Positions 18,126-26,585 of a stretch of 37,712 bases of DNA are shown one piece after another. Numbering within the stretch: position 1 is the stretch's first letter; the number at the start of each line of letters is the position of its first letter. The DNA comes from Candidatus Bathyarchaeota archaeon. Its GTDB lineage: Archaea; Thermoproteota; Bathyarchaeia; Bathyarchaeales; Bathycorpusculaceae. The position numbers and the translations under genes were made by a program. The stretch spans positions 1 to 37,712 of the forward strand of contig JAUUWK010000001.1 of the NCBI GenBank assembly GCA_030589055.1, written 5' to 3'. Below the pieces are notes generated by a model. It was not told where the DNA came from. It made no database searches and saw only the letters and a program-made list of their open reading frames with translations.

Positions 18126-19280
18126 ATGAGTGAAGTTGCCATTGTAGGTGTTGGATGCGTTGGTTTTCAACCAATACTACCGGAACTATCATACAAGGAG
18201 TTGATGTATGAAGCAGCTGTAAAAGCCTATGAGGACGCTGGAGTTGATCCACGTAAAGACGTTGATGTCTTCATCACTTGTGCTGAGGATTACTTGGAAG
18301 GCTTCAGCATCTTCGATGAATTCGTTCCAGACCAATTAGGTGCCGTGTTACGTCCTCTATTCACGGTTTCAGGCGACGGACTTCTTGGGTTGGCAAATGC
18401 TTATATGCTTATTAAGACTGGACATTTTGACACGGTTGTTCTTGAAGCTCACAGCAAAGCCTCAGACCTGCTCACATTAATGGACGTTATTGCATTCGCC
18501 CTAGATCCAGTACTCAACAGACCCTTGGGTGGTCATCCGTACTATGTTGCTGGAATGGAGATGAACCGCTATTTGCACGATACTTGCGCAACTGTGGAGC
18601 AGTGTGCTCAAGTTGTCGTCAAAAACAGGAAAAATGCTTGTGGAAATCCTTACGCGGCGTATGGTGCCAACATGACTTTAGATCAAGTTTTATGCTCTGA
18701 CATGTACTTCTATCCGTTGAAAAAGTTGGAGATAAGCACGCCTGCAGACGGTTGCGTAGTCATGGTGTTGGCTTCTGAGAAGGTTGCGGAAAAGCTTACA
18801 GACAAGCCTGTTTGGGTTAAGGGTGTTGGATGGTGCACTGAAACTCCAAATCTAGAAACAAAAGACTGGTCTAAATCTGTAGATACTCGGTTGGCGGCTG
18901 AAATGGCATACAAAACAGCCAAAATACACAATCCACGGAAGGAGGTAGACTTAGCAGAGGTCAACGACCTATTTGCATACAAGGAACTTCAACACATGGA
19001 AGCACTAAAACTATGCGCGTGTGGGGAGGCTGGAAAATTGACAGAAGAAGGGGTTACAGCTAGAAACGGCGAATTGCCTGTGAATCCCTCTGGAGGCTTG
19101 CTTGGAATGGGATACGGACTTGAGGCGTCAGGAATGGAAAAACTTCTGGAAGTGGTTTTGCAGTTAAGAAGTGAAGCGGGCAGAAGGCAAATACGCGACG
19201 CGGAGATTGGCTTGGCTCACGCTTGGCGTGGAATACCAACAACGACTGGAATTGTGGCAGTTTTAAGCAATAATAAGTGA
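18126..19280 (+). CDS. Thiolase-fold protein, apparently lacking the catalytic Cys and His
   Basis: It is collinear with the thiolase at 16797-17969. The nucleophile position reads 'TVSGDGLLGL' (Ser), and the 'GHP.GATG' position reads 'GMGYGLEASG'. Confidence 0.8.
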   Translation: MSEVAIVGVGCVGFQPILPELSYKELMYEAAVKAYEDAGVDPRKDVDVFITCAEDYLEGFSIFDEFVPDQLGAVLRPLFTVSGDGLLGLANAYMLIKTGHFDTVVLEAHSKASDLLTLMDVIAFALDPVLNRPLGGHPYYVAGMEMNRYLHDTCATVEQCAQVVVKNRKNACGNPYAAYGANMTLDQVLCSDMYFYPLKKLEISTPADGCVVMVLASEKVAEKLTDKPVWVKGVGWCTETPNLETKDWSKSVDTRLAAEMAYKTAKIHNPRKEVDLAEVNDLFAYKELQHMEALKLCACGEAGKLTEEGVTARNGELPVNPSGGLLGMGYGLEASGMEKLLEVVLQLRSEAGRRQIRDAEIGLAHAWRGIPTTTGIVAVLSNNK

Positions 19281-19293
19281 GGTGAAATGTGAA

Positions 19294-20460
19294 ATGTTTG
19301 GCAAAAAAAGAGTTGCAATTGTTGGAGCTGGCTTGACCCTATTCCGAAGACGCTTAAAAGAAACAGGTAAAGAACTGTCTTATGAAGCGTCAAAAATGGC
19401 TCTCGATGCTGCTGGAATGGAATTGCGAGATATGCAAAGCGTTGTATTGGGAACGGCGCCAGATGCTTTCGACGGAGTTCACATGAAAGGCGAATATTTA
19501 GCAGATGGGGCAGGAGCATACCGAAAACCATACACAAGGGTTTTCGTTGGTGGCGGAACAGGAGTTTTTACACCTCTGGCGGGTTGGTGGCACGTAGCCT
19601 CTGGACAGTTCGACTCATGCTTGGTTGTCGCTGAAGAGAAGATGTCCTCTTGTTATCCGCATCCTCAATATGCTTTCACAACGATATTCGACCCGATCCT
19701 CGAGCGACCGCTTGGCATGAACTTAATCTGGATATTTGCCTTGGAAATGCATCGTTACATGCACAAACACGGCATCAAGAAGGAAGATATAGCCCGAGTT
19801 TCCGTTAAAAACAAGGGAAATGCTCTAGATCATCCGTGTGCCCAATTAGGCGCAAAAATAACTGTTGAAGATGTTTTAAACTCTGAGGTTATGGCTTGGC
19901 CGGTTCAACGCTTGGATGTGAGTCCAACGAGTGACGGTGGTGCTGCGCTGGTTTTGGTTTCGGAGGATGTTGCCAAAGAGATTACTGATGACCCTGTTTG
20001 GATTGATGGTGCTGGCTGGTGCATTGACTCTACGCTTTGGACGAATCGTGACCTTTATTATCCGGATTATGTGGAGTGTGCAGCTCGTATGGCGTACAAG
20101 ATGGCTGGAATCAAAAATCCGCCGAAGGAGATCGACCTAGCTGAACCCTACGACCCATTTGACTATAAGGAACTTCATCACATGGAAGGGCTACTGCTGT
20201 GCAAGAAAGGGGAAGCACCAAAACTGACAGCGGAAGGCGTAACACAAAGGGACGGTGACTTACCGATAAATCCGTCTGGTGGACTGTTAGGCGTTGGCAA
20301 TCCAATAGCAGCGGCAGGCTTGATGAAAGTGTGTGAAATCTTTTGGCAGTTACGCGGCGAAGCAGGGAAGAGGCAGATTCCAGGCGATCCAAGAACCGGT
20401 TTGGCTCAAGCGTGGGGCGATCTGATGCAGTATGGCTCAGTGATTGTGTTGAGACGTTAA
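19294..20460 (+). CDS. Second thiolase-fold protein, apparently lacking the catalytic Cys and His (the track ORF begins at GTG 19282)
   Basis: The nucleophile position reads 'FVGGGTGVF' (Gly), and the 'GHP.GATG' position reads 'GVGNPIAAAG'. A GAGGTGA sequence precedes ATG 19294. Confidence 0.8.
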   Translation: MFGKKRVAIVGAGLTLFRRRLKETGKELSYEASKMALDAAGMELRDMQSVVLGTAPDAFDGVHMKGEYLADGAGAYRKPYTRVFVGGGTGVFTPLAGWWHVASGQFDSCLVVAEEKMSSCYPHPQYAFTTIFDPILERPLGMNLIWIFALEMHRYMHKHGIKKEDIARVSVKNKGNALDHPCAQLGAKITVEDVLNSEVMAWPVQRLDVSPTSDGGAALVLVSEDVAKEITDDPVWIDGAGWCIDSTLWTNRDLYYPDYVECAARMAYKMAGIKNPPKEIDLAEPYDPFDYKELHHMEGLLLCKKGEAPKLTAEGVTQRDGDLPINPSGGLLGVGNPIAAAGLMKVCEIFWQLRGEAGKRQIPGDPRTGLAQAWGDLMQYGSVIVLRR

Positions 20461-20475
20461 AGGAGGAGATGAAAC

Positions 20476-20997
20476 ATGAGTGAGAAGATTAAGGATTATC
20501 GGGGTGAAGCCTTAAAATCTGCAGACTTTAAAGAAGGGAGGGTTCCAACTGAGAAGTGTAGGCCGAAGGCCAAGTTCGCGTGGAGTGCAGGCATAGCCAT
20601 AGGCAGATTTCTTGAGGAGTTAAAGAAGGGAAAGATAATAGCATCAACATGTAGTAAGTGTGGACGCATTATGGTTCCGCCGAGGATATACTGTGAAAAC
20701 TGCTTTAAACCGACGGATGGCTGGAAATACGTGAAGGACACGGGGACAATAAACACTTATTCGGTTTCCTACTTAGCTGCAGACGCAAGCAGATTGAAAG
20801 AACCGATACTTGTTGCGATCATAGATTTGGACGGAGCCTCGAAAAACATGGGCTTAATCCATAAGCTTGGCGAAGTAGACAAAGATGAGATAAAATTCGG
20901 GATGAAAGTCAAAGCCGTATGGAAACCGAAGGAAGAACGAGTTGGCGCAATCACAGACATTAAATACTTCAAGCCAATAAAGGAGGCGACACCATGA
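20476..20997 (+). CDS. DUF35 OB-fold/Zn-ribbon protein, copy 2
   Basis: 'CSKCGRIMVPPRIYCENC' followed by an OB-fold tail 'IKFGMKVKAVWKP'. Confidence 0.85.
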   Translation: MSEKIKDYRGEALKSADFKEGRVPTEKCRPKAKFAWSAGIAIGRFLEELKKGKIIASTCSKCGRIMVPPRIYCENCFKPTDGWKYVKDTGTINTYSVSYLAADASRLKEPILVAIIDLDGASKNMGLIHKLGEVDKDEIKFGMKVKAVWKPKEERVGAITDIKYFKPIKEATP

Positions 20998-21467
20998 GCC
21001 TAGATAAAATAACAAACCCACTCCATATTCGCCACTGGCTGGGGGACATGGAAGCAGACTACATCTACACGTTAGGCATTGCTGGAGAACACTTCTTCAA
21101 GGAGATAAAGGAAAACGGAAGAATAATGGGTGCAAAATGTCCACGCTGCAACGTTGTCATTGTTCCACCGAGGATGTACTGTGAAAAATGCTTTGCAAAA
21201 CTTGAGGAATGGGTTGACGTAGGCACAAAAGGCACAATCCACACGTTCACGGTTGCCACAATAGATGTCGACGGTAAAAAACTGAAGGAGCCAGTGATAT
21301 TTGCATTGGTAAAGTTTGAGAGAGGTTGCGGCGGACTAATCCACAAGATAGGCGAAACGAAGACGAAGGAAGTGAAGATTGGCATGAACGTCGAGGCAGT
21401 CTTTAAGCCATCATTTGAAAGGAAAGCCTCCATAAACGACATAAAATACTTCAAACCAACTGAATAA
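20994..21467 (+). CDS. DUF35 OB-fold/Zn-ribbon protein, copy 3
   Basis: 'CPRCNVVIVPPRMYCEKC' followed by 'VKIGMNVEAVFKP'. It has a 4-nt overlap with copy 2. Confidence 0.85.
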   Translation: MSLDKITNPLHIRHWLGDMEADYIYTLGIAGEHFFKEIKENGRIMGAKCPRCNVVIVPPRMYCEKCFAKLEEWVDVGTKGTIHTFTVATIDVDGKKLKEPVIFALVKFERGCGGLIHKIGETKTKEVKIGMNVEAVFKPSFERKASINDIKYFKPTE

Positions 21468-21698
21468 CCCCAACTCCACCCCATTTTTTCCAACACTTAT
21501 TGAAGTGTTCTATAACTCAAATAGGATGAAAATTTAGTCTAATCTATGGTGGTTATGTTCAAACAGTTCTTTTGCAGAATCTTGATAGTGTTTCTTGTTG
21601 CCTTCGTGTTGATTTCTCTGATGTTTGCACAAACAGAATGTCCTAGTAGCCGGAACGAAAAGGTCTCTTGTAGTCCTGAGAAAATGCTATGGTGCAAC

Positions 21699-21719
21699 AT
21701 GTTAGAAGCGCGCGCGCAC
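21699..21719 (+). repeat. (CG)n motif copy S4, ATGTTAGAAGCGCGCGCGCAC
   Basis: Matches S6 at 18 of 19 nt. It is an inverted counterpart of S3 (GWAG(CG)n core). Confidence 0.8.
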
Positions 21720-22082
21720 ATCTGGACAAAGAACTTCCGAAACTCGGAGTTGAATACACATCTCTATCCATCAAGAAACTGCTTGGAAAAAACGCTGAAA
21801 CCATAGTGAAAGCCGCTAAAAAAATGGGCAATCCATACAGGCAGCGAAAAAATACTCAGCATGATGACCAAGCACTACAAAATTCCATATGAAAAACTCA
21901 AAGAATCGTATGAAGTGCTCGATGAATACGGCAACTTATCTGGAGCAAGCCTACCTTTCATCCTTGAAAAAATAGTTAGAGAAAATAATTTTTCCGATGG
22001 CGATATCATTTTGATGCTTGGTTTCGGATGGGGATTTTCAGCCTCTGCTTGCATGCTAAAATTTAAGAAACAACAGAAATGA
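21719..22082 (+). pseudogene. 3' fragment of a type III PKS / KAS III-like condensing enzyme. It is 5'-truncated at motif S4 and has an internal frameshift near 21840
   Basis: 'HLDKELPKLGVEY...' is in one frame. 'IHTGSEKILSMMTKHYKIPYEKLKESYEVLDEYGNLSGASLPFIL...GDIILMLGFGWGFSA' is in another and matches the chalcone-synthase/FabH C-terminal pattern. The N-terminal two thirds, including the catalytic Cys, are absent. Confidence 0.75.
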
Positions 22083-22172
22083 AGCGATAGGTTTAAACCG
22101 ATAAGAAAATAACTCTTAGCTTCAAAGGGATATTCAAGTTAGAAACCAGATTTGTTAAGGAGCAAAAGCTAG

Positions 22173-23852
22173 ATGTCTGACAAAGAAAAAATTAATCAAA
22201 TAACAAGGGAACGGGAACGCTGGGAAAATACAACCCTACCCAAGTGGATGGGACAACGCCCTGAAAGAAAAAGCGAATTCCGAAACCATTCGGACACGTT
22301 GATAAAACGTGTCTACACACCAGAGGACATCAAAGACCTAGATTACATGCGAGACCTTGGTTTACCAGGCGAATACCCCTTCACCCGCGGAGTACATGCA
22401 ACCATGTACAGAGGCAGACTATGGACCATGCGGCAATTTTCAGGATACGGCACAGCAGAACAAACAAACCAGCGATTCAAATACCTGCTAAAAGAAGGAG
22501 AAACAGGACTAAGCATAGCCTTTGACTACCCAACAATTAGGGGTTACGATTCAGACAATCCATTCTCTCAAGGTGAAGTCGGCACATGCGGAGTAGCAGT
22601 CGCATCATTAAAGGACATGGAAGTTCTCTTTGACGGCATACCCCTCGACAAAGTCACAACCTCCATGACTGTTAATGGTCCAGCAGCAATGTTGCTTGCT
22701 ATGTACATAGCAGTGGGAGACAAGCAAGGAGTATCCAGAGAAAAGCTCGGAGGCACAACACAAAACGATGTTCTTAAAGAATTCTTCGCTCAGAAACTAA
22801 TCATATTTCCGCCGAAGCCCTCGATAAAACTTGTAACAGACATAGTAGAATACTGCACAAAACACATGCCCAGATGGAATCCCATAAGCATAAGCGGATA
22901 CCACATACGAGAAGCTGGGTCAAACGCCGTTCAAGAACTGGCTTTCACGCTTTATGATGGAATAACCTATGTGGAGTCATGCCTTGAAAGAGGAATGAAA
23001 GTTGACGAATTTGCCCCCCGCTTATCATTCTTCTTTGCATCCCACAACAACTTGTTTGAAGAGGTAGCCAAGTTCAGAGCAGCTCGTAGAATATGGGCAA
23101 AAGTAATGAAGGAACGCTTCCACGCTAAAAACTCAAGGTCCATGTGGATGCGTATGCATGTCCAAACTTCAGGATGCACCCTCACAGCACAACAGCCACT
23201 GAACAACATCACACGAACCACAATCCAGGCTTTAGCAGCAGTCTTGGGTGGAACCCAATCGTTACACACAAACTCCTTTGACGAAGCCTTATGCTTGCCA
23301 ACCGAAGACGCCGTCAAGGTCGCATTAAGAACCCAGCAGATAATAGCTCACGAAAGCGGATCAGCTGACACGATAGATCCCCTAGCAGGCTGCTACTACA
23401 TCGAATGCTTAACGAACGAAATGGAAGGACAAGCGATGGATTATATCCAAAGAATTGACGATATGGGCGGAGCCACTGTAGCCATAGAAAGAGGGTTCTT
23501 CCAAAAAGAAATTGCTGACAGCGCCTATAAATACCAGGGGGAAACAGATGAGAAAAAACGAATCATAGTGGGCGTAAACGAATACACAACTGGGGAGGAT
23601 GCAGCAATACCGATTTTAAGGATTGACCCAAAGGTTGAAGAGAAACAGGTTGCAGGGCTGCAAAAACTGAGAAGAGAAAGAGACAATAGAAAAGTGGATG
23701 AAGTGCTTGAAGAACTCCACTACGCCGCGGAAAAGGATGAAAACCTCATGCCAGTAATTATTGAAGCCGTAAAAGCTTACGCAACAATAGGCGAAATGTG
23801 CGGCGTATTACGGAAAATTTACGGAGAATATAAAGAACTGATAGTAATCTAG
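22173..23852 (+). CDS. Methylmalonyl-CoA mutase, catalytic (TIM-barrel) subunit
   Basis: '[51 protein letters not shown]' is the classic MCM signature. Confidence 0.95.
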   Translation: MSDKEKINQITRERERWENTTLPKWMGQRPERKSEFRNHSDTLIKRVYTPEDIKDLDYMRDLGLPGEYPFTRGVHATMYRGRLWTMRQFSGYGTAEQTNQRFKYLLKEGETGLSIAFDYPTIRGYDSDNPFSQGEVGTCGVAVASLKDMEVLFDGIPLDKVTTSMTVNGPAAMLLAMYIAVGDKQGVSREKLGGTTQNDVLKEFFAQKLIIFPPKPSIKLVTDIVEYCTKHMPRWNPISISGYHIREAGSNAVQELAFTLYDGITYVESCLERGMKVDEFAPRLSFFFASHNNLFEEVAKFRAARRIWAKVMKERFHAKNSRSMWMRMHVQTSGCTLTAQQPLNNITRTTIQALAAVLGGTQSLHTNSFDEALCLPTEDAVKVALRTQQIIAHESGSADTIDPLAGCYYIECLTNEMEGQAMDYIQRIDDMGGATVAIERGFFQKEIADSAYKYQGETDEKKRIIVGVNEYTTGEDAAIPILRIDPKVEEKQVAGLQKLRRERDNRKVDEVLEELHYAAEKDENLMPVIIEAVKAYATIGEMCGVLRKIYGEYKELIVI

Positions 23853-23866
23853 AGGAGGGAAAACAC

Positions 23867-24274
23867 ATGCAGAGCGAAAGAAAAATCAGAATTTTGATCG
23901 CCAAGCCAGGTCTTGATAGTCACGACAGAGGAGCAAAGATTGTGGCTAGAGCCCTAAGGGACGCTGGAATGGAAGTAATCTACACCGGTTTGAGGCAGAC
24001 TCCAGAGCAGATAGTTGAAACCGCCCTTCAAGAAGATGTGGACATCATAGGCTTAAGCATACTTTCGGGAGCCCACAAGGTTCTTTTCCCACGAATAATG
24101 GAACTTGTAGAACAGAAGGGCTTGACAGATGTAATGGTCTTCGCTGGAGGCATAATCCCAGAAGAAGATGTCCCAGAAATGAAGAAACTCGGAATAAAAG
24201 AGATTTTTGGACCAGGAACCCCAACAGAGAAAATAGTTCAGTTTGTATTTGAAAATCTTCCAGAAAGAACCTGA
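23867..24274 (+). CDS. Methylmalonyl-CoA mutase, B12-binding subunit
   Basis: The cobalamin-binding motif '[14 protein letters not shown]' (DxHxxG) and 'GLSILSGAH'. Confidence 0.93.
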   Translation: MQSERKIRILIAKPGLDSHDRGAKIVARALRDAGMEVIYTGLRQTPEQIVETALQEDVDIIGLSILSGAHKVLFPRIMELVEQKGLTDVMVFAGGIIPEEDVPEMKKLGIKEIFGPGTPTEKIVQFVFENLPERT

Positions 24275-24287
24275 ACCGTGAAGATGT

Positions 24288-25268
24288 GTGAAGCCGTTGC
24301 TACCAGTCGGAGAAATAGCCAAGGGCGTGTTAGCCGGAGACCGCAGAAGCGTAGCGAAAGCGATAACAATCATTGAAAACAACGCCTCTAAAGCACAAGA
24401 ACTAATCGCCTCGATTTACCCTCACACCGGAAAAGCCCACATAATAGGAATAACTGGCCCTCCCGGCTCTGGAAAGAGCACTCTCATAGGGAAGATCATA
24501 CGCGAGTACAGGCGGAAAGGCAAAACGGTGGGTGTTATAGCTGTGGATCCCACAAGCCCATTCACAGGAGGCGCATTCTTGGGCGACAGAATTCGCATGC
24601 AAGAGCTAAGCACAGATCAAGGAGTCTTTATACGTAGCATGGCAACCCGTAACTATCTTGGGGGAATAGCCAGAGCAACAAAAGGCGCCGTGAAAGTCTT
24701 AGACGCCGCAGGTAAAGACACAGTCATCGTGGAAACTGTTGGTGCTGGGCAGTCCGAGGTCGAAATAATTAAAATAGGGCAAACAATAGTCGTTGTATGT
24801 GCACCCGGGTTAGGAGATGAAATACAAGCAATAAAAGCTGGAATAATGGAGATAGGCGACATCTTCGTCGTAAACAAGGCTGACCGTGAAGACGCCAACA
24901 AAGCCGTAATGGACATCCAAGCAATGCTGCAACTAAACAATAAGGAAAAGAAGTGGAGGCCGACGGTTCTAAAGACTACAGCTCTCACAGGTGAAGGTGT
25001 CTCGCAACTTATTGAAAAAATAGAAGAGCATAAACTCTTCTTAGAACAGGAGTTAGAACGTAACACAAGCCGAGGAAAGGCTGAATCCGAACTGGCAGAA
25101 GCCATAAAAGAGAAAGTAGCAAATTCAATAATAGAAGAATTGAAAAGCGAAGGGAAGTTCGAAGAGTTTCTGCAAAAAATTCTGGAAAAGAAGATGGATC
25201 CTGCTTCCGTAGCTGAGAAACTCTTAAACGAGAAATTTAGAAAGCAAGTTCAGAAGTGTCAAAACTGA
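24288..25268 (+). CDS. meaB: MeaB/ArgK G3E-family GTPase (MCM chaperone)
   Basis: A P-loop 'GITGPPGSGKST', 'AVDPTSPFTGGAFLGDRIRM' and 'VVNKADRE'. Confidence 0.92.
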   Translation: MKPLLPVGEIAKGVLAGDRRSVAKAITIIENNASKAQELIASIYPHTGKAHIIGITGPPGSGKSTLIGKIIREYRRKGKTVGVIAVDPTSPFTGGAFLGDRIRMQELSTDQGVFIRSMATRNYLGGIARATKGAVKVLDAAGKDTVIVETVGAGQSEVEIIKIGQTIVVVCAPGLGDEIQAIKAGIMEIGDIFVVNKADREDANKAVMDIQAMLQLNNKEKKWRPTVLKTTALTGEGVSQLIEKIEEHKLFLEQELERNTSRGKAESELAEAIKEKVANSIIEELKSEGKFEEFLQKILEKKMDPASVAEKLLNEKFRKQVQKCQN

Positions 25269-25798
25269 TGTCTAAACTGGAAAAGGGGCTTGTTCAAGTT
25301 TACACTGGGAATGGAAAAGGCAAAACTTCAGCGGCTTTTGGGCTTGCCTTGAGGGCTATTGGTAGAGGATTGAAGGTTCATGTAATTCAGTTTATCAAAG
25401 GCGGTTTTGACTACGGCGAACTCTACATAGTGGACAAGCTTCCAAACATCAAACTGAAAGCCTTCGGTAGAGGTAAGTTCGTGACACAAAGGCCTCCGGG
25501 AAAAGAGGATGTTGAACTTGCACACGAAGCCTTCGCTTTAGCTGAGGAAGTAGTCAAAAGCGGCGAATATGACATCGTCATTCTAGACGAGGTTAATGTG
25601 GCGCTAAACTTGAAACTGATAAGTCTTGAAGAAGTTCTGGAATTAATAAAGGACAAGCCAAAACACGTTGAACTCGTGCTAACTGGACGTCATGCACCCG
25701 AGGAAATAATTAAAGCAGCTGATTTAGTTACAGAAATGAGAGAGGTTAAACATCCATTCAACAAAGGTTTTTCAGCCAGAAAAGGAATAGAATATTAG
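25256..25798 (+). CDS. ATP:cob(I)alamin adenosyltransferase, CobA/CobO/BtuR type
   Basis: 'VYTGNGKGKTSAAFGLALRAIGRGLKVHVIQFIKG', 'ILDEVN' and 'LTGR'. It overlaps the meaB 3' end. Confidence 0.88.
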   Translation: MSKLMSKLEKGLVQVYTGNGKGKTSAAFGLALRAIGRGLKVHVIQFIKGGFDYGELYIVDKLPNIKLKAFGRGKFVTQRPPGKEDVELAHEAFALAEEVVKSGEYDIVILDEVNVALNLKLISLEEVLELIKDKPKHVELVLTGRHAPEEIIKAADLVTEMREVKHPFNKGFSARKGIEY

Positions 25799-25838
25799 CA
25801 TAACTCTTAACGAGCCCCCTTTCTACGAATTCTCAAAG

Positions 25839-26215
25839 CTATTTTACATAAGACTCATTTATGCAAACTCTTGCTCCTTCAGTGTTTAGGCTTGCTTCTA
25901 GCCACGTCGGTAAAAGCAAGTTAGGCGTGGAATGACCGAAATCCATACCTGCGATAATTGGAAACTCAAATTTGTCGGTTATATCCAAAACGACTTTTTC
26001 AACCTCGCTGGTCATATCTTTTATAGCATTAGCTTCCTCGCCTCTAATGTTACCGATCAACATGCCCTCCGTTTTGTCAAATAAGCCATTTTCTCTGAAA
26101 TGAACCAACAGTTGGTCAATCTCTTCCAATGGGTGCCTTGAGGTAGCCTTTTTAAGAAAATAATATCCTTATCCAACTTTGGAAAATACGGTGTCGCAAG
26201 CAAAGAGCGAGCGCT
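25839..26215 (-). pseudogene. C-terminal fragment of an LD-carboxypeptidase (MccF-like). It is 5'-truncated and frameshifted at an A-run
   Basis: 'SLLATPYFPKLDKDIIFL' is in one frame. 'EEIDQLLVHFRENGLFDKTEGMLIGN...GMDFGHSTPNLLLP' is in another. The N-terminal nucleophile domain is missing. Confidence 0.7.
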
Positions 26216-26459
26216 CTTGAAACTGTTTTTTGAGACAGCAGACATGCTTTTGCTGGACCAAGATTTTTTTGTGCAAAAGGGCTATGGATGGATGCTGAAG
26301 GAAGCAGGCGATCGATATTCAGTAGAGGTCTTTCGCTATGTAATGAAAGACAAGGAAGAAATGCCAAGAGTAGCATTAAGATACGCAATTGAGAAGCTGT
26401 CACCGGAATTAAAGAAAAAAGCTATGGCAAAAGAATCTTGGAGGGGAAGCACACGTTAG
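26205..26459 (+). pseudogene. C-terminal fragment of a DNA alkylation repair (AlkD-like HEAT repeat) protein
   Basis: 'DQDFFVQKGYGWMLKEAGDRYSVEVFRYVM' resembles the AlkD-family C-terminus. Only about 80 codons remain, and they begin at the palindrome at 26204-26217. Confidence 0.55.
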
Positions 26460-26585
26460 AAAAATCAGTGGGTAGCTTTCTGATAATAACAGTGAAAGTT
26501 TTCTGTTTGAGATTTCTCAAAGGGCTTCGATGAACTCTATCTTAGCGTGTTCATTTTGCTCGAAATCTTTAGCTTTTCAGTAGTT

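Noticed and set aside
19282-19293. A GTG start at 19282 for the second thiolase-fold gene, together with the tandem GAAATGT GAAATGT repeat.
   Set aside because: ATG 19294 sits at a better distance from the GAGGTGA Shine-Dalgarno-like sequence, and it gives the usual thiolase N-terminus ('KRVAIVGAG'). The 7-nt duplication is too short to interpret.
21701-21707. GTTAGAA / GTTGGAA next to the (CG)n core, considered as integron attC core sites (GTTRRRY).
   Set aside because: The seventh base is A rather than Y. There is no inverse core or attC-like imperfect hairpin nearby, the cassettes are not co-oriented, and no IntI-like integrase is in the window.
21546-21806. An 86-aa ORF with a signal-peptide-like N-terminus, considered as a real secreted-protein gene.
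   Set aside because: It runs straight across the S4 (CG)n junction into sequence that belongs, in another frame, to the PKS/KAS III fragment. It is most likely a chimeric read-through of a 5' gene stub, not an intact gene.
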